Origin: a virus
Taxonomy: Duplodnaviria > Caudoviricetes
IMG/VR virus record: IMGVR_UViG_3300011438_000027
Span: 1-33,493 of that record
Reading direction: 5' to 3' (one strand)
Length of the DNA stretch: 33,493 nucleotides
A program made the translations under genes and the position numbers. Below, piece by piece: positions 1 to 8,597 of the stretch. The stretch's first letter is position 1. Every line of letters starts with the position of its first letter. Below the pieces are notes generated by a model. The model was not told where the DNA came from, did no database searches, and worked only from the letters and a program-made list of their open reading frames with translations.

Positions 1-219
1 AAATAAGGTATCGCTTGCAACAGGGGAATAGTTGGCCGCCTTGGTGATCCAAGTCATATTTTTACTGGCCTTTTCTGCTACCAGTTCATCGAAGGCTGAC
101 TGTAGGTTTGTGCCGATTACATCACCGGAGGGAGTAACGCGAATCTGGTTGGCCCGTGGTTGCGTTTGCCCCAGTGCGAGAATTGGAAGGAAAAGGAATA
201 AGTAAAATAAATTTTTCAT
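1..219 (-). CDS. Partial gene (runs off the window): signal-peptide-bearing, tail-fibre-like protein
   Basis: Absent from the ORF track. Manual translation gives MKNLFYLFLFLPILALG/QTQPRANQIRVTPSGDVIGTNLQSAFDELVAEKASK... It has an ATGA overlap with the upstream gene at 216-219. TNLQSAFDEL resembles the TNVQxAxxEL segments of phage fibre proteins. Confidence 0.7.
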   Translation of the reverse strand, partial: MKNLFYLFLFLPILALGQTQPRANQIRVTPSGDVIGTNLQSAFDELVAEKASKNMTWITKAANYSPVASDTLF

Positions 220-566
220 TTTCGATAGTCCACTATGATGGTGTCGCCTGTAGTTGGAGGGGTTATGAATGTTATCATAGATCCAGTTATTGTATAGTCT
301 GTTGTCACCTTCAATCTCAAACCGTTTAAACAGACTTTCACGCTGCCGGTTAGGGGAGTGTATGCCAGTGTAAAGGTGTCGTTAACGTCGTCGATATCTC
401 CCGATGGCGTTTCATCGTCCACAAAAGAAGCAGTAGCCGCGTAGTTGGCAATCTGTTGCGTTGTCCATCCCATAGAGTTGCCTCCTTTACTTCCGGCCAT
501 CTTCTCAGTACCATCTAAGGCGCCACCGACAAAAGTTCTATTTTCGATATAGGCACTGTATTCCAT
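216..566 (-). CDS. Small beta-rich virion/tail-associated protein
   Basis: Likely start is the ATG at 566 (MEYSAY...), just after the upstream stop at 568. The C-terminal segment TFTLAYTP...VCLNGLRL...DYTITG..ITF..PP.TGD.I.VDY is a common phage tail/baseplate beta-module. Confidence 0.65.
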   Translation of the reverse strand: MEYSAYIENRTFVGGALDGTEKMAGSKGGNSMGWTTQQIANYAATASFVDDETPSGDIDDVNDTFTLAYTPLTGSVKVCLNGLRLKVTTDYTITGSMITFITPPTTGDTIIVDYRK

Positions 567-567
567 T

Positions 568-1188
568 TTATTCGAATTCTTCGGCAAACGTGAAGTCAAA
601 AATTCTCCCCTCCTCAGTGGCTTCCCCAGGTGGGCACTGCACGTATTCTACATTTATGTCGATAACATAAATATTCCAATCAAATCGGTGAAGCTCATAA
701 ATTGTATTCCCTAACTCGGTCCGGTAAATTTGTTCATGGTCTGGATCTACCGAAATGCTTGACGTCAAAAACACGAAATCAAATCCACTGACGACAAGGT
801 TTTCCGGAAGTCCATTGACGAGATCCAAAATCAAGTTCTCCCCTAACTCTACTTTATGCGCAACAACAACCCGTAAGGGTAAGGAAAACCTTTTCCCCTC
901 ACGCAATCCCCACGAATCGGCATCGTTTAGAATGGAGGTCATCGGGGCAATCCATCGAATCCAAAAAATAAATTGAAATCTATCGTCTAAACTCACCTGA
1001 TCCCGGTCGCTGGTGCCATTTATAGACATCGGTATTGGCTGGGTACTGATAGATTTTTTGCCTTTTGATGTCCGATTTGAAAGCTCCACAAACCCCCAAT
1101 TTTTTATAAGCGAGTCGGGGGAGATGGTTGAATTATCAATTACCCACTGTTCAATCGCTTCCGATAAGGTGTTGATAATGCCAGCCAT
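568..1188 (-). CDS. Putative neck/tail-completion protein
   Basis: 206 aa, in the head-tail joining position after the capsid genes. Function is inferred from context only. Confidence 0.5.
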   Translation of the reverse strand: MAGIINTLSEAIEQWVIDNSTISPDSLIKNWGFVELSNRTSKGKKSISTQPIPMSINGTSDRDQVSLDDRFQFIFWIRWIAPMTSILNDADSWGLREGKRFSLPLRVVVAHKVELGENLILDLVNGLPENLVVSGFDFVFLTSSISVDPDHEQIYRTELGNTIYELHRFDWNIYVIDINVEYVQCPPGEATEEGRIFDFTFAEEFE

Positions 1189-1667
1189 TAGATCTCTTTG
1201 GTTTGTTCTCTTACCAATACATCCACATAAAGATTAAATTCTTCATCTGATAGAGCGAAAATCGACTTGTCGTACTTGCTTTCCATCCATCCTGATTTAT
1301 CCGTATTCACTTGGTTCTGAAATCCGAATCCATATTCCGACCCGGATTGAATCAGTCCATAGTCCGCATACATCTGGTCCGTGTTCCTGAGGATCACAAA
1401 CCCCGGGTTCTTACCTACCGCTGACTTATATTGAGCGTAACCCCCTTTAAAAAAGGTTTGCCCTGTATCTCTGGCCTGCTGGCCCCGTGCAATTGAAATA
1501 GGCTTCGTGCCATACGTCCCGATCTTTCCTCCACTCTCCGCTTCACCGCGTTCAAAAATCCGCGCCTTGTGTCTGGCTAATACGGTGGACGCGGCAATAC
1601 GCTTCGGTCTATCAGAGCGGATAGCGTTGTTTACCCGGGTGGCGATATTTAAAATATCATTAGCCAC
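1188..1667 (-). CDS. Putative neck / virion morphogenesis protein
   Basis: 159 aa with a GTG start. The pattern RIFERG...GTY...YK...VILRNTDQM...IFALSDEE resembles phage virion-morphogenesis proteins. Confidence 0.55.
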   Translation of the reverse strand: MANDILNIATRVNNAIRSDRPKRIAASTVLARHKARIFERGEAESGGKIGTYGTKPISIARGQQARDTGQTFFKGGYAQYKSAVGKNPGFVILRNTDQMYADYGLIQSGSEYGFGFQNQVNTDKSGWMESKYDKSIFALSDEEFNLYVDVLVREQTKEI

Positions 1668-1746
1668 AGCATGATTTTTTGCCTCCCTTCGGGGGCTTTG
1701 GTTTGGGCTTTGGATAGCCTTTTGGTTTTGTGAATTTTATCTTCAT
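1660..1746 (-). CDS. 28-aa Lys/Pro-rich micropeptide
   Basis: Manual translation gives MKIKFTKPKGYPKPKPKPPKGGKKSCCG*. It has an ATGA overlap with the upstream gene (1743-1746), and its stop overlaps the start region of the next gene, so it fills the gap exactly. Confidence 0.65.
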   Translation of the reverse strand: MKIKFTKPKGYPKPKPKPPKGGKKSCCG

Positions 1747-2687
1747 GGTGTTGATGCTTTAGCATGAACAAGGTGTTTGCATTGAAAGCAATACGGGTCT
1801 TCCGTCATCTGTGTGCTTCGTACTGACCGTTCGAGATTTTGCGAAAAGTTGGAATTATAAAACTCCATCAATTCCTCTTGGCGTTCGAGTTCCATCGTCA
1901 TGAACTTATTCAATCTGTTTCCAAAGCGTCGTTCGAAAATGATTTCAAGCCCTATACGGAAGAAAAAAGCCTGCTTGAATAAATTAATATTCTCACACAC
2001 ATACTTTTCTACCGAGCACACCACATTGTACTTTACATTCAATCCCCCGCCGTTTACCTGTAATATCTTCCCTTCATATCCTCCGCAGTCAAATCGACAT
2101 TCATCACAGGAAAAGAGATAATAAGGAGAGGCGTAACGTTTGCTTTCTGTTTCTCGTAAGGCGATTAACTCCGGATCAAACGATACGAACACTTTATTGA
2201 CCTCGTAGTCCTGGTCGATGAAAATTGTATTCCGGCCCTCGGTTAGTTCTGACGAATGTTCGGAAAGTAATTCCCCACTCGCATCCGTGTCGTAAACTTT
2301 AAATTCAGCTTCCGGGCTTGCATACGCCTGGTCGCTGAAGACATCTATCGATACAAGGTGGAGTTTCGCGTACCGTGGCAGCGTGAATTCAATCGTTACC
2401 CCCGCAAGCCCAGTGGTTAGGTTAATGTCTTCTTTGAACTGGGATGTTTCGCGGGAGAGTAACTTTGAATCAACATAGAATTTATCTTGGAGTGCTCCGG
2501 TAAGGTCTGAGATCAAATTATCCCACGCCTTTTTATAGATCATCTCCCAGAAATCCTCATCGCTCTGATCTTGTTTGGAGAGCAGCTCCCACATGGACGA
2601 ATCAATCCCGGGCAAGTCTTCGGCATATAAACCGCTCCTGCTCGGGACTGATCGATCCCGTGAAATATAATCGGTGTAGCAGCTCAA
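1743..2687 (-). CDS. Putative head-tail adaptor / head completion protein (Cys-rich)
   Basis: 314 aa directly after the major capsid gene, with helical ends and a beta-rich middle. Function is inferred from context. Confidence 0.5.
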   Translation of the reverse strand: MSCYTDYISRDRSVPSRSGLYAEDLPGIDSSMWELLSKQDQSDEDFWEMIYKKAWDNLISDLTGALQDKFYVDSKLLSRETSQFKEDINLTTGLAGVTIEFTLPRYAKLHLVSIDVFSDQAYASPEAEFKVYDTDASGELLSEHSSELTEGRNTIFIDQDYEVNKVFVSFDPELIALRETESKRYASPYYLFSCDECRFDCGGYEGKILQVNGGGLNVKYNVVCSVEKYVCENINLFKQAFFFRIGLEIIFERRFGNRLNKFMTMELERQEELMEFYNSNFSQNLERSVRSTQMTEDPYCFQCKHLVHAKASTP

Positions 2688-3794
2688 TTAAGCGGCAGTA
2701 GCCGTGTAACCGAACACGCCAAGCATTCCGTCCAGATCGTCCGCGCAATCAGGAGACGTGTCTGGGCTGGAATCTTCCCCAGCAGCCGCGAAACTATCCG
2801 CCTGAAATACGTTGAAGAATCCGTACAACAGTGACCACATTGACTTCCATGACTTCGAACAGTTGTCGAAATAGAAATCAAAGTTCCACGAGAATGGATG
2901 TCCGAATGGATCTGGAACTACAATGTTCATCCTGTCGGCAGTGTTGACGCCAGTGGCAGCAATGTTCGCGTTCTCGTTAAAGGTCAGCATATGAACGGCT
3001 CCGAAAGCGGCAAGGATAAACTTGTTCGCATCCAAGATCTCGTTTGCCGATTGATCTTGATAGAAACGCGCTTCAGCATCTACGTTTGCCTCTCCATAAG
3101 GAGTCGTCGCGTTGCAGCATGACCAGCCGTGAAGCTTGTAGAATTGCTGTAAGTTACCCTGACCTATTACGGCAGGAACTCCGGTGAGTTGGTTGTTCTC
3201 GTAGTCCAAAACGACCTCAGAGAAGTTACCCGGTAGTGGTATTTTCTGCGATCCTGAAGTTGCTAAAAGCTGGATCGTTTTATATACCCCTGCGTTTGTA
3301 GTCGTTCCGTCGAATTCGTGGTTCACGCCAACCTGGTTATCCAAGAACGCAAGTGTTTTCTTATTAAGGAATTCGTGACCAGCGATCAAGTCAGAGAATC
3401 CACGGCGTTGCATGAATCCTTCGGTGTCATCACAAAGGGCTACCATGTCGTCGTTTGAGTACTCCCGAACGGGGGTTTTCAAACAGTCGTCAATAGTGAT
3501 ATCAAACTCCTTACGTAATGGAGTAGATCCTTCGTCGCACACATTTTGTGCGCAATTGTCAGAAATCTGACAGGATTTTGTGCGTTGATCGTACAACACG
3601 TGAGCTTTGGCAATCTTGCGACCATTATCGTAGGAGATAATTTCAGCATCAACCCCTCCGTTTTCAGGAGAAGTAATAAAGGATAAAGCGCCATTCTTTT
3701 TACGGAGATTAAAGGCGTAATTCTCTCCGGCTAGACGCGCTGCTTCCACCCTGATTCTTTCACAGGCGCCTATGATATCTAAATTTGCGGGCAT
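2688..3794 (-). CDS. Major capsid protein
   Basis: 368 aa directly after a scaffold-like gene, in the order portal-minor head-scaffold-capsid. The size is typical of HK97-fold capsid proteins. Confidence 0.75.
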   Translation of the reverse strand: MPANLDIIGACERIRVEAARLAGENYAFNLRKKNGALSFITSPENGGVDAEIISYDNGRKIAKAHVLYDQRTKSCQISDNCAQNVCDEGSTPLRKEFDITIDDCLKTPVREYSNDDMVALCDDTEGFMQRRGFSDLIAGHEFLNKKTLAFLDNQVGVNHEFDGTTTNAGVYKTIQLLATSGSQKIPLPGNFSEVVLDYENNQLTGVPAVIGQGNLQQFYKLHGWSCCNATTPYGEANVDAEARFYQDQSANEILDANKFILAAFGAVHMLTFNENANIAATGVNTADRMNIVVPDPFGHPFSWNFDFYFDNCSKSWKSMWSLLYGFFNVFQADSFAAAGEDSSPDTSPDCADDLDGMLGVFGYTATAA

Positions 3795-3795
3795 T

Positions 3796-4665
3796 TTATT
3801 TTCTCATTGTGACCGTCGTAGATGTACCCTGACGGATAGTCGGTTTTGTTGGATCTACTTTGGTCTGCGTTTTGGGATTAACCTGTGTTTGCGTAGTCTC
3901 CGATTTTTTCAGGAACGGTTTGTACGCCTCATCCAGCAAGCTCTCGATAGTAACAGGACTGTTACCGTTGAATTTCGGCTTACCATGTTCGTCGTTGACA
4001 ACGATCACAGGTTGCCCATTGTTTTCACCGAGTTTCAGCTGGTTGCCCTGCCTGAGTTCGGTCAGAATTACTTTTGTGATGGCGGGCCGAGTAGTCTCGA
4101 ACGCCTCCGCTAAGATATATTTATTTCCACGCTTTTCCAATTCAGTGCTAAGGCGCAGTTCTTCGAACTTACCCCCCCACGTGTCATCTGTATTTTTCAG
4201 CTTGGTATTATAATCTTTTTCTGCTGTGGTGAATTTCTCCACCAGTTCCTGATTGATTCGTTCCTGATCAGCAAGCTTACGTTTTGTTTCCTCGTCGGTA
4301 ACCGGATTACCTTTCGCTTTCTTGATCACATCCGGCAAACTTTCTTTCAATGTTCGGAAAAGCTTGTACGTGTTTGGGTTTGTAGGGTCTGCTTTAAGCT
4401 TGCCCTCATCAACATAACCCTTCAGCACTTCGGCAATCTCGCCCAATTCAGTATCCAATGGGTCTAACACTTCGCGCTTGATTTTCTTATGAATTTCTGG
4501 ATGTACCGACGCCCGCTCAATTGTCATGAAATTAGCCTCGATGGCGTTGACAATTGAATCTGGAATCTCTGCATCGGGCGCTGTTTCAAGGAACTTGTCG
4601 TAATCGGGGATTGAAATTTTCCCTTGCGTCTTCAATTTGGTGAAGAAGTCTTTATACTTAGGCAT
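3796..4665 (-). CDS. Capsid scaffolding protein
   Basis: 289 aa, charged and coiled-coil-like (ETKRKLADQERINQELVEKF), with a low-complexity C-terminus. It lies immediately upstream of the capsid gene. Confidence 0.65.
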   Translation of the reverse strand: MPKYKDFFTKLKTQGKISIPDYDKFLETAPDAEIPDSIVNAIEANFMTIERASVHPEIHKKIKREVLDPLDTELGEIAEVLKGYVDEGKLKADPTNPNTYKLFRTLKESLPDVIKKAKGNPVTDEETKRKLADQERINQELVEKFTTAEKDYNTKLKNTDDTWGGKFEELRLSTELEKRGNKYILAEAFETTRPAITKVILTELRQGNQLKLGENNGQPVIVVNDEHGKPKFNGNSPVTIESLLDEAYKPFLKKSETTQTQVNPKTQTKVDPTKPTIRQGTSTTVTMRK

Positions 4666-5068
4666 TGGTTTTCGTTTTTGGTTTAGGTCCGGGTTTCTTC
4701 TTTTCTTTCACGGGTTCTTCATTACCCCGTTCTTTCACTTGCTCAACAGCCTCAGTGACTGCCGATTGGTTCAATTTTATGGACTCCTGCTCTTTCCTTG
4801 CCTTCTCAAAAGCGGCCTCATTCAGCGCTTTCAATTCCGCTTTCTTGGCTTCGATCTCATCGGCGCTCATCTGCCTACGTTCAGCCACAGGTGCGGCAGC
4901 CACGCTTCTTTTTTTTTGAACGGGCTGTTCCTCCGGACCATCTACCGGATTGCCATCCTCATCCACATAGCCCAGCAGGGTATAGCGGTGAGGGATTAAT
5001 TTGTAGGCCTTGACCGTCGTTTGTCGCTCTAAGCCTGTTTTCTTGTCTCTAACACGTGCATACGTCAT
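4658..5068 (-). CDS. Hypothetical head-module protein (charged, basic tail)
   Basis: 136 aa with an AT-rich upstream region. It overlaps the scaffold start and ends in KKKPGPKPKTKTNA. Confidence 0.65.
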   Translation of the reverse strand: MTYARVRDKKTGLERQTTVKAYKLIPHRYTLLGYVDEDGNPVDGPEEQPVQKKRSVAAAPVAERRQMSADEIEAKKAELKALNEAAFEKARKEQESIKLNQSAVTEAVEQVKERGNEEPVKEKKKPGPKPKTKTNA

Positions 5069-5117
5069 AATTTAGTTGTTTTTGCAACTAATGTAATCGA
5101 AATAATTGTATTGACGT

Positions 5118-5135
5118 TATTTAGTGTACTAAATA
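5118..5135. promoter_or_regulatory. Perfect palindrome, candidate regulator binding site
   Basis: TATTTAGT-GT-ACTAAATA lies in the 160-bp intergenic gap upstream of the scaffold/capsid genes. Confidence 0.45.
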
Positions 5136-5140
5136 TTAGC

Positions 5141-5148
5141 TACCTTTG
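5141..5148 (+). promoter_or_regulatory. Bacteroidota-type -7 promoter element, opposite to the late operon direction
   Basis: TACCTTTG matches TAnnTTTG. There is no clear -33 TTTG at canonical spacing. Confidence 0.45.
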
Positions 5149-5151
5149 CCG

Positions 5152-5232
5152 GTAGCTCCGGGAGGGTGAACGGCTAACGGCTGTAACCGGAGAAAGAAAT
5201 TAGCCTGCGATACCAACCTCGTGGGCTTTTTT
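5152..5232 (+). ncRNA. Candidate ~80-nt small RNA
   Basis: It lies between a -7 element and a plus-strand terminator. Stem CTCCGG(5156-5161)/CCGGAG(5187-5192) encloses the tandem AACGGCT-AACGGCT. Confidence 0.4.
5202..5232 (+). terminator. Rho-independent terminator
   Basis: AGCCTGCGA-taccaacc-TCGTGGGCT is followed by a T run. Two G-U pairs form only on the plus strand. Confidence 0.7.
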
Positions 5233-6085
5233 ATTGCCGGTCAATTACATCCTGGGGCACGACCACCGAAGACACTGGAATGATTTGGTGCCCGCAATTC
5301 CACCCGCCCGCAAACAGAAAAATACTCGATTCGGTTGTTCCTTGTTTCTTGCCGGCCCATTCAAGGGAGGCCATATCCTCAATTTCCTTGTGAGAGAAAT
5401 ATTTCCCAGCACGTTCCTCACAAAATGGCCGACTCTTATCTATTATCCCACCGGAATACAGATAATACGTTAACCCCAGATCGGCGGTAATTGCTTGTTG
5501 ATAGGTGCGCGAGTAGGTGAATAGTGAATCTCTTAAATAGGTGCGTGTGTAACTCATGGCCCGACCTTCGACCTGATCGTTTCCTAAAATGTAATTTCTA
5601 ATCTGCTCCAAGAATCCTGAGAACTTGCCACCACTATTGACGTTTTGATTTAAAATCTTACTCAATGGTTCGATAACCTGAGACTGCAAGCCATCACGCA
5701 TCACGTTTTTTTCAATCGATGCGATGGTATCAGCCTGAAGGTTTTTTAGGAATAATTTGTTCGGGGAGAAACTTTCATCAATCGAAGAAAAGTATTCCGA
5801 GTTTAGTGTGTCGATCTTTCCAATGAGAGAAACATACTTCGACACTGCTGTAGTGTAGGGCGTGGAGGAAAAAACTTCATTAATTACCTTGTCCGCGTCG
5901 CGTAAAATCTTTCGATTGGCAGCGCTTTGTTTTATGTACCCTTCTGAATCTAGTTCAAGATCCTTCAGGATGGCCAGTAGCTCACTGTTCAGAGTAGTTT
6001 GGATTCGTCCGAGTGAATCAATATACCGTCCATCCGCGTTGGCGATAAGTTCCTCAATTGCCCTGGCTAAAGCTTGCGGGTCCAT
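5231..6085 (-). CDS. Minor head protein (Mu gpF / SPP1 gp7-like)
   Basis: It follows the portal gene and carries the C-terminal Cys/His motif YLYSGG..DKSRPFC...GGWNCGH. Confidence 0.75.
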   Translation of the reverse strand: MDPQALARAIEELIANADGRYIDSLGRIQTTLNSELLAILKDLELDSEGYIKQSAANRKILRDADKVINEVFSSTPYTTAVSKYVSLIGKIDTLNSEYFSSIDESFSPNKLFLKNLQADTIASIEKNVMRDGLQSQVIEPLSKILNQNVNSGGKFSGFLEQIRNYILGNDQVEGRAMSYTRTYLRDSLFTYSRTYQQAITADLGLTYYLYSGGIIDKSRPFCEERAGKYFSHKEIEDMASLEWAGKKQGTTESSIFLFAGGWNCGHQIIPVSSVVVPQDVIDRQ

Positions 6086-7871
6086 TTAGTAGGGTGGTAT
6101 CTATTTTTGGCTGCTCTGCCGTTATCAGTTCATCAGCATATGTTTTTAATATCACAAGCTGATCTTCCTTTTTCAATTCAAGGAACTTTGCATTCTGCTG
6201 CAATGCCCTATCGACAAAAGGTTTTAGGTTCGCGTGAACGACTGCATCGGTTTTGTACACCAGTCCTTTCATGAGATTGATATCGATATCATCCTGCGTC
6301 ATCCGATACAGTGGATCGAGGTTTATCAACGTGACGTAATAAGTTTTCATCATCGGATTTGTTTCCATATCACGCGACAAATACGCAATCTCTTTCGCTT
6401 GCTGCACATTGCGGTCCACGCCCGCCTCCGACGCTTGCTTTAATCCAGCTAGCATTTCGGAAATAGATTCAATATTAAAGGACGTTGGTTTGTTGACTTG
6501 TGGTAAATTCTCGTCGGTATTTTTCTGCGCACTCGCGTCTTCGGTTCCATTCATGTACTTATTCATGAAATAGAACTGATTGTTAAAAATCACATCGTAC
6601 ATCCTGGATCCAATATCATAGATCGTATTGTTCTGCGCTGAACGGTCGTATACTTTGGCTATGCCAGATTGATTTTCTCCCACCTTATCCTCTACGTCCA
6701 TGTTAATCGCCGCGTTTCCTTCACGCACCATGTCTTTGGCTTGTTCAACGAGCAGCTTGGTGGCATCAACAGGAACCTTCACGTATTCGACCGGCTGGAT
6801 AGACAAGCTAGATATTTCTTCAAGCTTGGTTTTGAGAATGATATTATCCTCATACGGAGAGGATGAAACCTTACCAGATCCATTACACACCTCACAAGGG
6901 TAAGACATGGTTGACATGCCCGAACGAAGTAGTCCATGAGAACACCGGAACAGCACACCATCAATTTGCCGTTGATTGTGACATTCTTCGCCAATCACCA
7001 TGCGCTGCGGGTTCATGTGTTTGGTGAATGAACCTTGAATATCGGATTGATGAATGATCGATAAATTCCAGTGCGCTTGTGCATCAGCAAAAAACGATTC
7101 GTACACAATTTCACCATCACCTAACGGAACAGAATTACCCCCTAACCTCCATGCTGGAATAGTTGGCGCTCCGGTTTTGTCCGTGAAATTATGAACGTAA
7201 CTTTCATCCTCAATGACTTCAAGGACTAACTCCTGCTGCTTGGATGCCGTGTTGATAATCTTCGCTTCAAAGCGAATGATTTGTTTATAGTCGAAATAAT
7301 CGAAGGTGTAAACAATGTCGTCCTCTTCTTTTTTATCGTACAGGTAAACCAGGAAGTGATCATAATCCCAGTTCCATACATTTTCACTCCCGTAAATAAG
7401 GACGATAGGTTTAACCCGTTCCGCGTCGTTGCGTGGCTTGCGTTGCGGCTTCACGGCCATGACCGCGTTTGCGTCGGCAATCATTTTCTTTAACGTGACA
7501 TCCTTGTTAAAAACCGCCAGCGAATTATACTCAGGATAATATTCCATTGTATACTCTTTGAGCTTCTTCGCGTTCGCTGTGTTAGGGAAGATAATCGAAC
7601 TAAGATTCGGATTGAAGATTTTAGAAACGATTTTTATTGCCTTCCCACAAGGTGCTTTTGTTGTCGGCTCATAATTATCCAAACGATATTGCTTGATCAC
7701 CTCATCCTCACCCGGACGGACGCGGTTCAGTAGGTCTACAGGTTTTTCCCCGTAGACGTGTACCGACATCTCCCGCGCAATTTTACATGCTCGTTCGTAG
7801 TAAGGATGCCTGTATTTTTCTTTTATGACCGCGACGAGCGTGTCATTGAATTCCTCTGAGCCGTAGATCAT
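6054..7871 (-). CDS. Portal protein
   Basis: 605 aa, upstream of the minor head gene. The segment NQSGIAKVYD resembles the SG.A motif of SPP1-type portals. Confidence 0.75.
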   Translation of the reverse strand: MIYGSEEFNDTLVAVIKEKYRHPYYERACKIAREMSVHVYGEKPVDLLNRVRPGEDEVIKQYRLDNYEPTTKAPCGKAIKIVSKIFNPNLSSIIFPNTANAKKLKEYTMEYYPEYNSLAVFNKDVTLKKMIADANAVMAVKPQRKPRNDAERVKPIVLIYGSENVWNWDYDHFLVYLYDKKEEDDIVYTFDYFDYKQIIRFEAKIINTASKQQELVLEVIEDESYVHNFTDKTGAPTIPAWRLGGNSVPLGDGEIVYESFFADAQAHWNLSIIHQSDIQGSFTKHMNPQRMVIGEECHNQRQIDGVLFRCSHGLLRSGMSTMSYPCEVCNGSGKVSSSPYEDNIILKTKLEEISSLSIQPVEYVKVPVDATKLLVEQAKDMVREGNAAINMDVEDKVGENQSGIAKVYDRSAQNNTIYDIGSRMYDVIFNNQFYFMNKYMNGTEDASAQKNTDENLPQVNKPTSFNIESISEMLAGLKQASEAGVDRNVQQAKEIAYLSRDMETNPMMKTYYVTLINLDPLYRMTQDDIDINLMKGLVYKTDAVVHANLKPFVDRALQQNAKFLELKKEDQLVILKTYADELITAEQPKIDTTLLNGPASFSQGN

Positions 7872-7893
7872 AGAAAAGGGGATTTGCTCCCCT

Positions 7894-8553
7894 TTAGGTG
7901 GTTATGAATATCGAAGCGGGCGCAATAAATGGCAGTGATGGCGTCATGTCTGTACTCCACTTGCCTGAGCCTGACCAACGTTTACGTGTTTTGATGGATT
8001 GCTCAATCAAATCATCCATGTAAACCGACACGTTTGGTGCATAGAACGCTTCATATCCACCGGTCGTAGAATCCTTTCCAGCGGTAACATACACAAGCCC
8101 CCAGCCTCTACGTTTGTTTGTAGCGGCCACAAAATCACGGTTAGCCATGAGTCCAAGCGCTTCAAAAAGAAGTTCTTTATCGTCACCCGTGCGCTCAGTG
8201 GGCACAAGGCCAAAGCCTTCTTCTTCTACCGGTGTGCCGGCTGCTTTTGATCCGCGCGTGTCTTTGATGACCCACATCGTTTGTGGACTTGCTCCTATAC
8301 CGCCCGCCCAGAACTCTTCATCTTCCAGGTTTACAAGCCTCGCGGCATCGTCCGCGCCCACATCTACACCAGGCTTAATAAGGCCGATGGCGACTATTCC
8401 CCCGAGTTCTGATCCGCATTCGAATTGAACCCAGTCCGGCTGATCTTCTGTACAGAATTGATCGGCATAAAAAATGGAATCGGCCAAGTCTTTGAGTTTG
8501 CCTATCCATTTACGAATTACATCCTCTTGACGAGGCAATACCATTGCATTCAT
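7894..8553 (-). CDS. Putative major tail tube protein
   Basis: 219 aa, acidic, beta- and Gly-rich (GGIVAIGL...RGSKAAGTPVEEEGFG). It sits at the end of the tail gene block. Confidence 0.5.
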   Translation of the reverse strand: MNAMVLPRQEDVIRKWIGKLKDLADSIFYADQFCTEDQPDWVQFECGSELGGIVAIGLIKPGVDVGADDAARLVNLEDEEFWAGGIGASPQTMWVIKDTRGSKAAGTPVEEEGFGLVPTERTGDDKELLFEALGLMANRDFVAATNKRRGWGLVYVTAGKDSTTGGYEAFYAPNVSVYMDDLIEQSIKTRKRWSGSGKWSTDMTPSLPFIAPASIFITT

Positions 8554-8597
8554 TTTTTTAGTTTTAAAAAGGTTTAGTATCTTCCTTTCGGAACAAA

